Position numbers and translations under genes: made by a program. A stretch of 32,000 nt of DNA. Origin: Mycolicibacterium smegmatis. GTDB taxonomy: Bacteria > Actinomycetota > Actinomycetes > Mycobacteriales > Mycobacteriaceae. Shown piece by piece: positions 9,423-18,490 of this stretch; within the stretch, counting starts at the first letter, position 1; the number at the start of each line of letters is the position of its first letter. The notes under the pieces are model-generated. The model made no database searches, had not been told where the DNA came from, and saw nothing but the letters and a program-made list of their open reading frames with translations. The stretch covers positions 6,690,001 through 6,722,000 of the forward strand of contig NZ_LN831039.1 in NCBI RefSeq assembly GCF_001457595.1, in the 5' to 3' direction.

Positions 9423-10613
9423 ATGCGCGTTCTGGACGAGCTGTCCTACGACCCGTACGACGTCGACATCGACGTGGACCCGTACCCCACCTACCGGCGA
9501 CTGCGCGACGAGGCACCGGTGTACTTCAACGACAAGTTCGGGTTCTGGGCTCTGAGCCGGTTCGCCGACGTCGAGGCCGCGTTGCGCGACGTCGACAACT
9601 TGAGCAACGCCAAGGGCGACATCCTGGAAGTGGTCAAGGCCGAGCCCAAAATGCCTCTGGGCGTGTTCATCAACGAGGATCCGCCGCTGCACACCGTGCA
9701 CCGGCTGCTGGTGTCACGCGCATTCACACCACGCAAGATGCGGGCCATCGAAGATCGGATCCGCACGTTCTGCGCGGCCTGCCTCGACCCGTTGACCACC
9801 GGTGACCGCTTCGACTTCACGCTCGACCTCGGCGCAGAGATGCCCATGCGCGTGATCGGCATGCTCATCGGCATCCCGGAGGAGTTGCAGCGCAGCGTCC
9901 GCAAGGTCGCCGGGCAACGTCTGCGCAACAGACCCGGCGAGCCGCTGCCGGTGAGCAAGGACAACTACTTCAACGGCAACATGTTTCGCGACTACGTCGA
10001 ATGGCGTGCGCAGAACCCGTCTGACGATCTGGTCACCGAACTGCTCAACGTGGAGTTCGAGGACGTCTCGGGCACCACGCGCAAACTGTCATCCGAGGAA
10101 CTGCTCGTGTTCCTCGGCGTCATCGCCAACGCAGGCACTGAAACGGTGGGACGGCTGTTCGGCTGGCTGGGCAAGCTGCTCGGCGAGCATCCCGATCAGC
10201 GCCGCGCACTGGTGGCCGATCCGTCGCTGATACCCGGTGCGGTGGAAGAGGTTCTGCGCTACGAACCTCCCGTGCACAACATCGCGCGCTACGTGTCGGC
10301 CGACGTCGACTACCACGGGCAGACCATCCCGGCGGGAAGTGCGTTGCTGCTCATGACCGGTGCGGCCAACCGCGACGAGCGCCGGTTCGATGACCCCGAC
10401 CGGTTCGACATCCGCCGCAGCCCCAATCACCTGTCGTTCGGCCGTGGCGCCCACTTCTGCCTGGGCGCCTCACTGGCCCGCGTCGAGGGCCGCGTCGCGC
10501 TCGAAGAGATCCTCAAGCGCTGGCCCGACTGGACCGTGGACATGGGCAACGCTGTGCGCGCGCCCACGGCGACCGTGCGGGGCTGGGACAGCATGCCCGC
10601 CATCGTGGGCTGA
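9423..10613 (+). CDS. Cytochrome P450
   Basis: Heme loop FGRGAHFCLGASLARVE, I-helix AGTETV, ExxR (EEVLRYEPP). ATG at 9423 preceded by gaggag. Confidence 0.96.
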   Translation: MRVLDELSYDPYDVDIDVDPYPTYRRLRDEAPVYFNDKFGFWALSRFADVEAALRDVDNLSNAKGDILEVVKAEPKMPLGVFINEDPPLHTVHRLLVSRAFTPRKMRAIEDRIRTFCAACLDPLTTGDRFDFTLDLGAEMPMRVIGMLIGIPEELQRSVRKVAGQRLRNRPGEPLPVSKDNYFNGNMFRDYVEWRAQNPSDDLVTELLNVEFEDVSGTTRKLSSEELLVFLGVIANAGTETVGRLFGWLGKLLGEHPDQRRALVADPSLIPGAVEEVLRYEPPVHNIARYVSADVDYHGQTIPAGSALLLMTGAANRDERRFDDPDRFDIRRSPNHLSFGRGAHFCLGASLARVEGRVALEEILKRWPDWTVDMGNAVRAPTATVRGWDSMPAIVG

Positions 10614-10618
10614 CGTCT

Positions 10619-11398
10619 CTACCGGCGCACGGGCACGTTGAGCCGGGCGTCGGGGCAGTCGACGTCGGCGAACCGCATGGGTGTGGGCGCCTTGCCGTGT
10701 TGCACCACCCAGCAGGCCCCGGTGTCGGCCAAGGGCGCCGCCACGGCGGCCATGACCGCGTCGGCGATCGCCTCGGGTTCCATCACGGGCACGCCGATGC
10801 GCTCGACCAGCGGCCTGCGGTCGCCGAGCACACCGGTCTCGGTGATGCCTGGACAGATGGTGTGCACCGCGATGCCCTCGGCGGCGAGATTCGGTGCGAC
10901 CGAACGCATCAGGCCGACAACGCCGTGCTTGCCGAGTGAGTACACCGGATCGGGATGCCACGGCAGTATGCCGGCCAGCGACGCCGTGGCGAGGATGGCC
11001 CGGTCGGCGCCTGGCCGCGAACGCATGGTGCGCACCGCCGCGACGACGCCGTACACCACACCGTCGAGGTTGACACCGACCGACCTGCGATAATCGGTCA
11101 GATCGAGCGCCCCGATGTCGCCGGACCAGGCAATTGTGATGCCCGCGTTGAGAAATGCCACATCCACGCCGCCGAGTTCGGTGGCACAGCGGTCGAAGGT
11201 CACGTTCACCTGGTCCGGGTCCGACACGTCGCACGTCAGCGCCAGGCCACCGAGCGGTTCGGCCACCTCGCGCGCGGCATCACCGTCGATGTCGACGACG
11301 CACACCCGCATGCCATGGGCGGCGAGTCGTTGCGCGGCGGCCCGTCCGATGCCGGACCCGCCGCCGGTGACGAGCGCGACGCGGTCTTGGAGTTCCAC
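10619..11398 (-). CDS. Short-chain dehydrogenase/reductase (SDR)
   Basis: MELQDRVALVTGGGSGIGRAAAQRL (TGxxxGxG), NAGIT, YSLGKHG (active-site YxxxK). Confidence 0.93.
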   Translation of the reverse strand: MELQDRVALVTGGGSGIGRAAAQRLAAHGMRVCVVDIDGDAAREVAEPLGGLALTCDVSDPDQVNVTFDRCATELGGVDVAFLNAGITIAWSGDIGALDLTDYRRSVGVNLDGVVYGVVAAVRTMRSRPGADRAILATASLAGILPWHPDPVYSLGKHGVVGLMRSVAPNLAAEGIAVHTICPGITETGVLGDRRPLVERIGVPVMEPEAIADAVMAAVAAPLADTGACWVVQHGKAPTPMRFADVDCPDARLNVPVRR

Positions 11399-11401
11399 GC
11401 G

Positions 11402-11959
11402 CTACCAGCGGTTGACCGGTTCGGTGTCGAGGTGCAGCGGACGCGCGTACGACGGATCGGTGCGGTCCCACGTGCCCTTGATGAAGCCTTGTACCGCACC
11501 GCTTCCCAGCACCGACGAGTCGCCGCTGATCATCCACTCGATGGTGCAGCGTCGCAGCGCGATCTTCCAGACACCGTTGCGCCGCTCGAGGCGGTCGAGG
11601 TAGCGGCCGCCCATCAGCGAGACGATCTTGCCGCCCTTGACACGCATCGCGCCCATCACATAGCTCTCGGCGTGCGCCTCGTCGCCGTTGATCTCGCACG
11701 TGTGGGTCGTGATGTTGTGCAGGTGGTCCTCGAAGACGGCCTCGTGCTGACCGTTCATGTACTCGCCGTACTCGGGACCGGTCTTGATCACCGGACCGTG
11801 CTCGTCGACGCCGTCCTCGAAGTACACACTGGTCATGAGTTCGACGTCGTGGCGGTCGTGTCCGCGGGCCTGGTTCATGACGCAGTCGAGGATCGCCATG
11901 CGGTCCTCGACGTACTGAAGGCGTTCGCGAAGTTGCTTGATCTCGTCGTCACTGCTCAC
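11402..11959 (-). CDS. SnoaL-like/NTF2-fold protein (nuclear transport factor 2 family)
   Basis: 185 aa; LQYVEDRMAILDCVMNQARGHDRHDVELMTSVYFEDGVDEHG...HNITTHTCEINGDEAHAESYVMGAMR...GGRYLDRLERRNGVWKI. Confidence 0.88.
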   Translation of the reverse strand: MSSDDEIKQLRERLQYVEDRMAILDCVMNQARGHDRHDVELMTSVYFEDGVDEHGPVIKTGPEYGEYMNGQHEAVFEDHLHNITTHTCEINGDEAHAESYVMGAMRVKGGKIVSLMGGRYLDRLERRNGVWKIALRRCTIEWMISGDSSVLGSGAVQGFIKGTWDRTDPSYARPLHLDTEPVNRW

Positions 11960-11991
11960 AGGTGGTCCTTTCTCAAAGTGGCGCGGTGGGA

Positions 11992-12414
11992 TCAGGTCGG
12001 TGCGACGGGACGCACGCTGGTGTGGATCAGCTCGATGAGTTGCCCTTCGGGATCGCGTACCAGGCAGGCGTATCCGCCGTCGGAGACGATCACCCCACCG
12101 GCGTCCCGGACGGCGTCCCGCACCGCGGAGACGTCGTCGACCGCGAGCGACAGGTGTGTCAGACCCGAATTGACCATGCTGCGTTCAGGTTCCTCCGGCG
12201 CCGGATATCCGCCGAACGTGAGCAGTTGCAACACGAAGCCGTCCTTCTCCAGATAGGCCGCCTCGAAACCGATCGGCGGATCGAGTCCCAGCAGACCTCC
12301 GGCGATCTTGTCCGGCAGGGTCAATCGCTTCGCCTCGGTGAATCCGATGGCCTCGTAGAACTTCTTGGACGTCTCGATGTCGCGGACCCGCAGCCCGACG
12401 TGGCTCACGCTCAT
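11992..12414 (-). CDS. VOC-family protein (glyoxalase/dioxygenase superfamily)
   Basis: 140 aa; VSHVGLRVRDIETSKKFYEAIGFTEAKR...TGLTHLSLAVDDV-type repeat...CLVRDPEGQLIELIH. Confidence 0.9.
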   Translation of the reverse strand: MSVSHVGLRVRDIETSKKFYEAIGFTEAKRLTLPDKIAGGLLGLDPPIGFEAAYLEKDGFVLQLLTFGGYPAPEEPERSMVNSGLTHLSLAVDDVSAVRDAVRDAGGVIVSDGGYACLVRDPEGQLIELIHTSVRPVAPT

Positions 12415-12420
12415 CGCGCG

Positions 12421-13194
12421 TCACACTCCCGCCGGGCCGGGGCCGCCGTGCATGTAGAGCGTCTGACCCGAGCAGTAGCTCGACGCGTCCGAGGCGAAGA
12501 ACAGTACGCCGTAGCCGATCTCGTCGGGTTCTGCGATGCGCCCGGAGCCGTTGGTCTGACCGATCATGTCGATGTCGAAGCCCTGCCGCGCGGCGTCGGC
12601 CTCAAGGCCCGGGGTGCGGATGGCCCCGCACGCGATGCAGTTGACCCGCACGCCTTTACGGGTCCAGGCCGCGGCCATCGATCCCGTGAGGTTGTTCAGG
12701 CCGGCCTTGGCCGCGCCGTAGATCGCGGCCTGCGGCATCGCCAGCAGGCTCGCTCCTGAGGAGATGTTGACGATCGACCCTTTGCCTTGGGAGAGCATGG
12801 GTTTGACTGCGGCACGCGACAGGTACCACGCGCTGGACAGGTTGAGGTCGAGCACCTGGCGCCACTCGTCGTCGGTCCATTTCATGAGCGACTTGGTCTC
12901 GCCGCCGCCGGCGTTGTTCAGCAGGATGTCGAGCCGGCCGAACTCGTCGACGGTGGCGTCGACAAGGGACCGGCACGCCTCGGGATCGGTGACATCGGTC
13001 GGGACCGCCAGTGCGCGCCGGCCCAGAGCCTCGATCTCGGTCGCGGTGTTCTTGAGCGGTTCGAGGCGGCGGCCGGCCAGGACGATGTCCGCGCCGTGTT
13101 CTGCCAGCACGAGCGCGGATGCGCGGCCGATACCTGTTCCGCCGCCGGTGATCACCGCGACGCGTCCCTCCAACGAAAATCTGCTGACCGCCAC
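12421..13194 (-). CDS. Short-chain dehydrogenase/reductase (SDR)
   Basis: VSRFSLEGRVAVITGGGTGIGRASAL...NNAGGG...YGAAKAGLNNL...GGPGPAGV; GTG start near 13194 (track ORF extends upstream without support). Confidence 0.92.
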   Translation of the reverse strand: MAVSRFSLEGRVAVITGGGTGIGRASALVLAEHGADIVLAGRRLEPLKNTATEIEALGRRALAVPTDVTDPEACRSLVDATVDEFGRLDILLNNAGGGETKSLMKWTDDEWRQVLDLNLSSAWYLSRAAVKPMLSQGKGSIVNISSGASLLAMPQAAIYGAAKAGLNNLTGSMAAAWTRKGVRVNCIACGAIRTPGLEADAARQGFDIDMIGQTNGSGRIAEPDEIGYGVLFFASDASSYCSGQTLYMHGGPGPAGV

Positions 13195-13234
13195 CGCATG
13201 TCCTTTCCGTGGCCGTTGTCGGTAACCCCCGAAT

Positions 13235-13252
13235 GCAATACGACTGTACAGC
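13235..13252. promoter_or_regulatory. Candidate operator GCAATACGACTGTACAGC between divergent SDR operon and nitroreductase
   Basis: 14 of 18 positions identical to the reverse complement of the 9381-9398 palindrome; lies in a divergent intergenic region. Confidence 0.5.
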
Positions 13253-13339
13253 ACCCGGCCGCGCACACAAGTCCCAATTCCGTCGACAGAATCTGCTCGG
13301 ACACTCGACATCTCGGTCCCCGTCGAGTACACCGATGGA

Positions 13340-14011
13340 ATGCCACAGCCGACAAACGACGTCTGGGAAGTGCTGTCCACGGCCCGATCGATCCGCCGGT
13401 TCACCGACGAACCCGTCGACGACGCGACGCTGCACCGCTGCCTGCAGGCCGCGGCGTGGGCACCCAACGGCGCGAACGCGCAACTGTGGCGGTTCGTTGT
13501 GCTCGACGCGCCCGAGCAGCGCGCCGCGGTCGCCGAGGCCGCGCGGTCCGCTCTCGCGACCATCGAGTCGATCTACGGCATGAGTCGCCCCGCCGACGAC
13601 GATCACAGCCGCGCGGCACGCAACAACCGTGCCACCTACGAATTGCACGACCGGGCAGGAGAACTCACGTCGGTGCTGTTCGTCGCCTACAAGAACGAGT
13701 TCGCCTCCGACTACCTGCAGGCCGGGTCCATCTACCCCGCGATGCAGAACTTCTACCTGGCCGCCCGCGCACAGGGCCTGGGCGCGTGCTTCACCAGCTG
13801 GGCGGCCTACCAGGGCGAGCAGATCCTGCGTGACGCGGTGGGGGTTCCCGCCGAGTGGTTTCTGGCCGGGCACGTCGTGATCGGCCGGCCGCGGGGCCGG
13901 CACGGCCCGGTGCGGCGTCGCCCCCTCGATGACGTGGTGTTCCGCAACACCTGGGACGCCGCGCGTGCAGACATCGTCTACGGCCAGGGTGCCCGCCCGT
14001 CGCGGACATGA
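13340..14011 (+). CDS. Nitroreductase-family FMN oxidoreductase
   Basis: 223 aa; VLSTARSIRRFTDEPVDDATLHRCLQAAAWAPNGANAQLWRFVVL, LGACFTSWAAYQGEQILRDAVGVP; typical nitroreductase fold signatures. Confidence 0.92.
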   Translation: MPQPTNDVWEVLSTARSIRRFTDEPVDDATLHRCLQAAAWAPNGANAQLWRFVVLDAPEQRAAVAEAARSALATIESIYGMSRPADDDHSRAARNNRATYELHDRAGELTSVLFVAYKNEFASDYLQAGSIYPAMQNFYLAARAQGLGACFTSWAAYQGEQILRDAVGVPAEWFLAGHVVIGRPRGRHGPVRRRPLDDVVFRNTWDAARADIVYGQGARPSRT

Positions 14012-14072
14012 GCGACACCGCGCGGGTGTCACCCGGATGTCAGAATGAGGCAATCCGAGCGAGCGAGGAGAT

Positions 14073-14684
14073 ATGGCAGCAAGTGCGCGGCGCGTCGGCG
14101 CCGAGACGTCGAAGACCAGGGACACCTTGCTCGATCATGTCGAGCAGATGATGCTCGGCGAGGGGTACGCGAGCGTGTCCTACCGCGCGCTGGCCTCGGC
14201 CGCCGGTGTCACCCCGAGCCTCGTGCAGTACTACTTCCCCACGCTCGACGACATCTTCCTGGCCGCGATCCGGCGGTACTCCGAGCGCAACCTCGCGCAG
14301 TTGCAGAAGGCGCTCGCGGCGCGGATCGACGATCCGCTGCGGGCCCTGTGGGAATACAGCCGCAGCGAGGCGACGGGTGCGCTCATGACCGAGTTCATGG
14401 CGCTGGGCAACCACCGCAAATCGATCCGCGCCGAGATCGCCGAGGTCACCGAACGTGGCCGCAAGATCCAGCTCGACGCTCTGGTCGCGAAGTTCGGCAA
14501 GGACGCGCGCCCCGGCGGGCACTTCTCGCTACCCGCACTGCTGCTGCTCATCTCGGGCCTGCCGAAGTTCCTCAGTCTCGAGGAGGGCATCGGCGTCAAG
14601 ACCGCGCACAAGGAAGTCACGGCGGCCTTCGAGAAGTACCTGGACGAGATCGAGCCGACACCCAGGCGCAAGCGATCGCGCTGA
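14073..14684 (+). CDS. TetR-family transcriptional regulator
   Basis: 203 aa; DTLLDHVEQMMLGEGYASVSYRALASAAGVTPSLVQYYFPTLDDIFLAAI is a classic TetR HTH. RBS gcgaggag precedes the ATG. Confidence 0.93.
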   Translation: MAASARRVGAETSKTRDTLLDHVEQMMLGEGYASVSYRALASAAGVTPSLVQYYFPTLDDIFLAAIRRYSERNLAQLQKALAARIDDPLRALWEYSRSEATGALMTEFMALGNHRKSIRAEIAEVTERGRKIQLDALVAKFGKDARPGGHFSLPALLLLISGLPKFLSLEEGIGVKTAHKEVTAAFEKYLDEIEPTPRRKRSR

Positions 14685-14730
14685 GGCTATCCTGCCGAGC
14701 TGTAGGCGAATTCGTTTCGAGGAGGCAACG

Positions 14731-15081
14731 ATGAGTGACCACGAAGTGAAGATGGTCGTGCTGTCGACGGAGAACCTTGACGAGTCGATCAAGTTCTACG
14801 AGACCCTCGGATTCTCGCTCAAGTTCCGCGACGGTGCGCACTTTGCCGCTCTCGACGGCGGAGCGGTCACACTGGCCCTGGCCACGCCGGTCGATCACCC
14901 CATCCCGGGCAAGGTGGTGGTCGGCATCAAGACAGCCGACGTCGACGCGGCTGCCAAGGAGATCGAGGCCACCGGAGGCGCCATCATCAAGGGCCCGTAC
15001 GACGACGCGCACGAACGTCGTGCCGTGGTGTACGACAACACCGGCAACGGTCTGGTCTTCTACAGCCCGCTCAAGCGCTGA
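14731..15081 (+). CDS. VOC-family protein (glyoxalase-like)
   Basis: MSDHEVKMVVLSTENLDESIKFYETLGFSLKFRDGAHFAALDGG...VFYSPLKR, preceded by RBS cgaggaggcaacg. Confidence 0.9.
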   Translation: MSDHEVKMVVLSTENLDESIKFYETLGFSLKFRDGAHFAALDGGAVTLALATPVDHPIPGKVVVGIKTADVDAAAKEIEATGGAIIKGPYDDAHERRAVVYDNTGNGLVFYSPLKR

Positions 15082-15970
15082 TCGCGGCGTAACCCACGTC
15101 GTCCACGCTGGTCGCCGTCACCGGTACGGCGGCCAGCAACGACGTCAGCACGTGTCCGGGTGGCATCTCGACGGTGCGCTGAACCCCGAGTTCGGGCAGC
15201 ACCTGCGCGATGTCGTACCACTGCACGGGTTTTGCCACCGATTCGGCCAGGTCCCTCAGGACCGCGTCGGCATCGTCGACGATGCGCCGCGCGCCGACGT
15301 TGGTGAGGTACGCGGCGCTCTGGTGCCGGCGGGGAACGGCCGCAAGGCGTTCGGCGATCACGGTCGCCGTGCGCGCCTGCACCGGTCCGTGTGACGCGAC
15401 CGCCACGTCGAGCATCTCGAATCGCCGGGCACCCATGCGCCGCGCGGCTGCGCGCGCGTCACGCAACCCGTCGACGGTGCCGCCCAGCACCACCTGATCG
15501 GCCGCGTTGATGTTGGCGATCCACACCGTGGCGCGCGCCTCGGCGACCAGTGCGCCGGCCGCGCGTTGTCCCATCCCGGTCACCGCGGCCATGCCCCACT
15601 CCCCCGGCGCGCACGCCGCCTCCATTGCCGCTGCCCTGACCCCGACGGCGTCGAGTGCCTCGTGGAAGGTCAGGACACCCGCCGCCACCGCGGCCGCGAA
15701 CGCACCCGCCGAGTGCCCGGCCGTGACGCCGGGCCGGACGCCGTACACCTCGTCGAGTGTGCGTGTTGCCGCCACGCCGCAGATCAGCAACGCCAGTTGG
15801 GCGTTTCGTGTCGATGCGAGCCCGTCGGCGGTGTCCAGGTACCCAAGACCACCCAGCGCGTCCGATGCCTCGTCGAGCACCCGTCGTGTCGCGGAGGTGG
15901 GCGGCAGCGCGGCGATCATGCCTGCCCGCTGCGATCCCTGACCCGGATACAGGAAGGCCGGGCGGTTCAC
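15071..15970 (-). CDS. mdcH: Malonate decarboxylase epsilon subunit (malonyl-CoA:ACP transacylase-like)
   Basis: RPAFLYPGQGSQRAGMIAALP and GHSAGAFAAAVAAG (acyltransferase nucleophile motif). GTG start at 15970 overlaps the mdcG stop (GTGA), in canonical mdc order. Confidence 0.9.
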   Translation of the reverse strand: MNRPAFLYPGQGSQRAGMIAALPPTSATRRVLDEASDALGGLGYLDTADGLASTRNAQLALLICGVAATRTLDEVYGVRPGVTAGHSAGAFAAAVAAGVLTFHEALDAVGVRAAAMEAACAPGEWGMAAVTGMGQRAAGALVAEARATVWIANINAADQVVLGGTVDGLRDARAAARRMGARRFEMLDVAVASHGPVQARTATVIAERLAAVPRRHQSAAYLTNVGARRIVDDADAVLRDLAESVAKPVQWYDIAQVLPELGVQRTVEMPPGHVLTSLLAAVPVTATSVDDVGYAAISA

Positions 15971-16572
15971 GGCCACAACCGGTGTGACTCGACCAGGACC
16001 GGCCCGTCGCGGGTCTTGAGCAGCACCCGGTCGGCTTTCACCACCTCGGCCAGGGCGAGCGCGCCCGCGGGGAGGTCGATCTGACAGTCGACCCGGGCCG
16101 GTAGCCGCTCGAATGCGCGATGCCAATCGGTCAGGACGTCGAGTGGCGGCAGGCTGGCGACGCGGACGACGAGATCGAGATCGCTGGCCGCGGTGACCGC
16201 AATGTGACCGGTCGCGAGCGTGAAGCCGGTGCTCCCGGTCGGCCCCCAGGGCAACCCGGCCGGGCCGAGGACATCCGCGGCGCCGCGCAACGCGGCAGCG
16301 GCGGGGACGTCCGGCAGAGTCGCGGCGCGGCTCAGCAGGTCTGGCGGCGAAAGGCTTTCGACGACGCACGACGTGTGCATCTCGGTGCCGTACCGTCGCG
16401 CCCGGCCGGTGCCCCGTATGCCCACCGCCACGCGACCGGATGCCGCACGACCACGCCGCACCACGACCCACGGTGTCACCGCCAGCGCTGCTGCCACCCA
16501 TGACGGCGCATCCCCGGACAGTCGCGCGACGTCGGCGATACGCAACAGGTCGTGCGGCCGGTGACCGGTCAT
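15967..16572 (-). CDS. mdcG: Malonate decarboxylase holo-ACP synthase (phosphoribosyl-dephospho-CoA transferase)
   Basis: RPHDLLRI...PWVVVRR...VAVGIRGTGRARRYG...TAASDLDLVVRV (nucleotidyltransferase DxD); position between mdcDE and mdcH. Confidence 0.88.
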   Translation of the reverse strand: MTGHRPHDLLRIADVARLSGDAPSWVAAALAVTPWVVVRRGRAASGRVAVGIRGTGRARRYGTEMHTSCVVESLSPPDLLSRAATLPDVPAAAALRGAADVLGPAGLPWGPTGSTGFTLATGHIAVTAASDLDLVVRVASLPPLDVLTDWHRAFERLPARVDCQIDLPAGALALAEVVKADRVLLKTRDGPVLVESHRLWP

Positions 16573-18185
16573 GCCTGCGAATACCACTGCGTGAACATGG
16601 TGGTGCGGACACGCCGGCTCGCCTGACGGGTCTGCTCGGCGGCCGGCGAGTCGAGCCGATTGGACAGGTCACGCGGCCCGGTGCGGGCGGCGGCGATCTG
16701 GGTGTCCACCGCGGCGCGCACCGTCGCGATGTCGTCCTCGGTCGGGGTGTCGGCGTCTGTCACGTGCAGCAGACCGTCGCAGAAGCCGAGGCGTGCCCAG
16801 TCGCGGACATCGAAGCTCAACGGCAACACGGTTTTTCCCAGAGCTTCCAATTCGTCGACCGTGCGCAGGGTGATACGTGCGGCCGCTTCCTCGTGCATGG
16901 CGTGGATGCGCACACCCGGATCGTCGAGGGCGACGATGCGCTGTGCCTGCAGTCCGTGGGCGAGAAAACCGCCTGACAACGCCTCACCCACGACGAGCGC
17001 GACAACGGGGTGTCCTGCGGTGCGGGCACGGTGATAGGCGTCGACCGCCGCAGCGATCGTCTGGTGCAGACCCACCGTTTCCTCGAGGCGCCCGTAGGCC
17101 TGGCTGGGCAGGTCCACGACCGCGACGATCGCGCGTTTGTCGTTCTTGCCTGCGTCGGTGCGGATCACGTCGTCGACGGCACCGGCGAGCGCAAGGGATT
17201 CCGCGAGGCCCACCTCTCCGTGGCGCGCGCGGTGGTAGGCGTTCTCCGGATCGGGTACGACAGCCAGGTAGGCGCGATCACCGGTGTCTGCGCGGATCAC
17301 CGATCCGATTACCGGAATCGGTTGTGTGCCTGCCAGTTCGGTCAGCCACGTGCGGCCCCGACTGGGTGCGGAGGTGTTGTGCGGTTCCGGTGTCGTGGGC
17401 AGGCGTGCGCCGAGTGCGTGCACTTGTTCGCTGCGGTGCGCTCCGGGTGCCCGCGGTCCCGCGGCGACCGCGGCGCTGACGGCGGCACGCAGCGCGTCGG
17501 CGTCGTCGGGCACCAGGACGTCGGCAAGTCCGTCGGCGTGGCGCTTCTCGCCGCCGTCGATGCTCCAGATCAATGCGCGGTCGGACGCGTCGAATTCGGC
17601 TGCGCCCGCCTCCTGTTCGATCACGGCCGGCCCGTTGAGGCCGATGCGTCCCTGCGGTGTGACGACGAGTGTCGTGCACAGCCCGGCGGCGATGCTGACG
17701 CCGCCGAACGAACCCACCTCGCCCGCCACCACGCCGACGACCGGTGCGAGCGGACGCAGATCCAGTAGGGCAGAGCATATTTCTGCCACGGCGTTGAGCC
17801 CGAGGTTGGCCTCCTGCAGGCGCACCCCACCGGTCTCCAGCAGCAGCACCGCCGCGGTGGTGCGACCGGACCGGCTGTCCTGCGTCGCGAGGCGCAGGGC
17901 CTGGGTGATCTTGGCGCCCGACACCTCGCCGACCGCGCCGCCCTGGAATCGCTGCTCGATCGACGCCACCACCACGGGCCGCCCGTCGATGGTTCCGCGG
18001 GCGATCACCACCCCGTCGTCCGATTGCGGCACGATGCCCTGCGGTACCAGCCACGGAGATTCGATGCGGTCGAACGGGCCGCACAACACCTGCACGCCTT
18101 CCGGGTCCAAGAGGTTCCGGGCCCGCGTGAGCGCGTCCCCTTCGAGGAAACTGCGGCGCTGCAGCATCGTCTGCCAGTTGCTCAT
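16569..18185 (-). CDS. mdcDE: Fused malonate decarboxylase beta+gamma subunits (MdcD-MdcE)
   Basis: Single 538-aa ORF. N-half: SFLEGDALTRARNLLDP...GRIGLNGPAVIEQEAGAAEFDASDRALIW (MdcD). C-half: PQAYGR-type LPSQAYGRLEETVGLHQTI...VGEALSGGFLAHGLQAQRIVAL (MdcE). Confidence 0.9.
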   Translation of the reverse strand: MSNWQTMLQRRSFLEGDALTRARNLLDPEGVQVLCGPFDRIESPWLVPQGIVPQSDDGVVIARGTIDGRPVVVASIEQRFQGGAVGEVSGAKITQALRLATQDSRSGRTTAAVLLLETGGVRLQEANLGLNAVAEICSALLDLRPLAPVVGVVAGEVGSFGGVSIAAGLCTTLVVTPQGRIGLNGPAVIEQEAGAAEFDASDRALIWSIDGGEKRHADGLADVLVPDDADALRAAVSAAVAAGPRAPGAHRSEQVHALGARLPTTPEPHNTSAPSRGRTWLTELAGTQPIPVIGSVIRADTGDRAYLAVVPDPENAYHRARHGEVGLAESLALAGAVDDVIRTDAGKNDKRAIVAVVDLPSQAYGRLEETVGLHQTIAAAVDAYHRARTAGHPVVALVVGEALSGGFLAHGLQAQRIVALDDPGVRIHAMHEEAAARITLRTVDELEALGKTVLPLSFDVRDWARLGFCDGLLHVTDADTPTEDDIATVRAAVDTQIAAARTGPRDLSNRLDSPAAEQTRQASRRVRTTMFTQWYSQA

Positions 18186-18490
18186 GGGGTCACCTCGGTT
18201 GCGGCTTCGGCGGTCTGGCGCAGGCGCAGTGTCACGACGGCCGGTGTGGCACCGAAATCGTTGAGTTCCCACGTGCCCGCGAGCGGTGTGTGCTCGAAGA
18301 ACCGGGCGAGGGTGTCCTGCCATACGGTGTCGAATCCGTCGACGCTGGTGCGTACACGGACGTGGGCGACACCGGCGGCTTCACCGGTTGCGTCGAACAA
18401 CACCTCCAGATCACCGGACGCGACGACGCCGACGTGGGTGGTTGTGCCGTTGGTGACGGTGGCCGGGAAGCGATACGTCAAGGTCTGCAC
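18182..18490 (-). CDS. mdcC: Malonate decarboxylase acyl carrier protein (delta subunit)
   Basis: 102 aa; ...HVGVVASGDLEVLFDA...: the conserved SGDLEV segment carries the serine that bears the triphosphoribosyl-dephospho-CoA prosthetic group. Confidence 0.92.
   Translation of the reverse strand: MQTLTYRFPATVTNGTTTHVGVVASGDLEVLFDATGEAAGVAHVRVRTSVDGFDTVWQDTLARFFEHTPLAGTWELNDFGATPAVVTLRLRQTAEAATEVTP

Noticed and set aside
15971-16672. Upstream extension of the 533-aa ORF containing MdcH
   Set aside because: Overlaps mdcG entirely in another frame; the GTG at 15970 with GTGA overlap and the conserved MdcH N-terminus set the true start.
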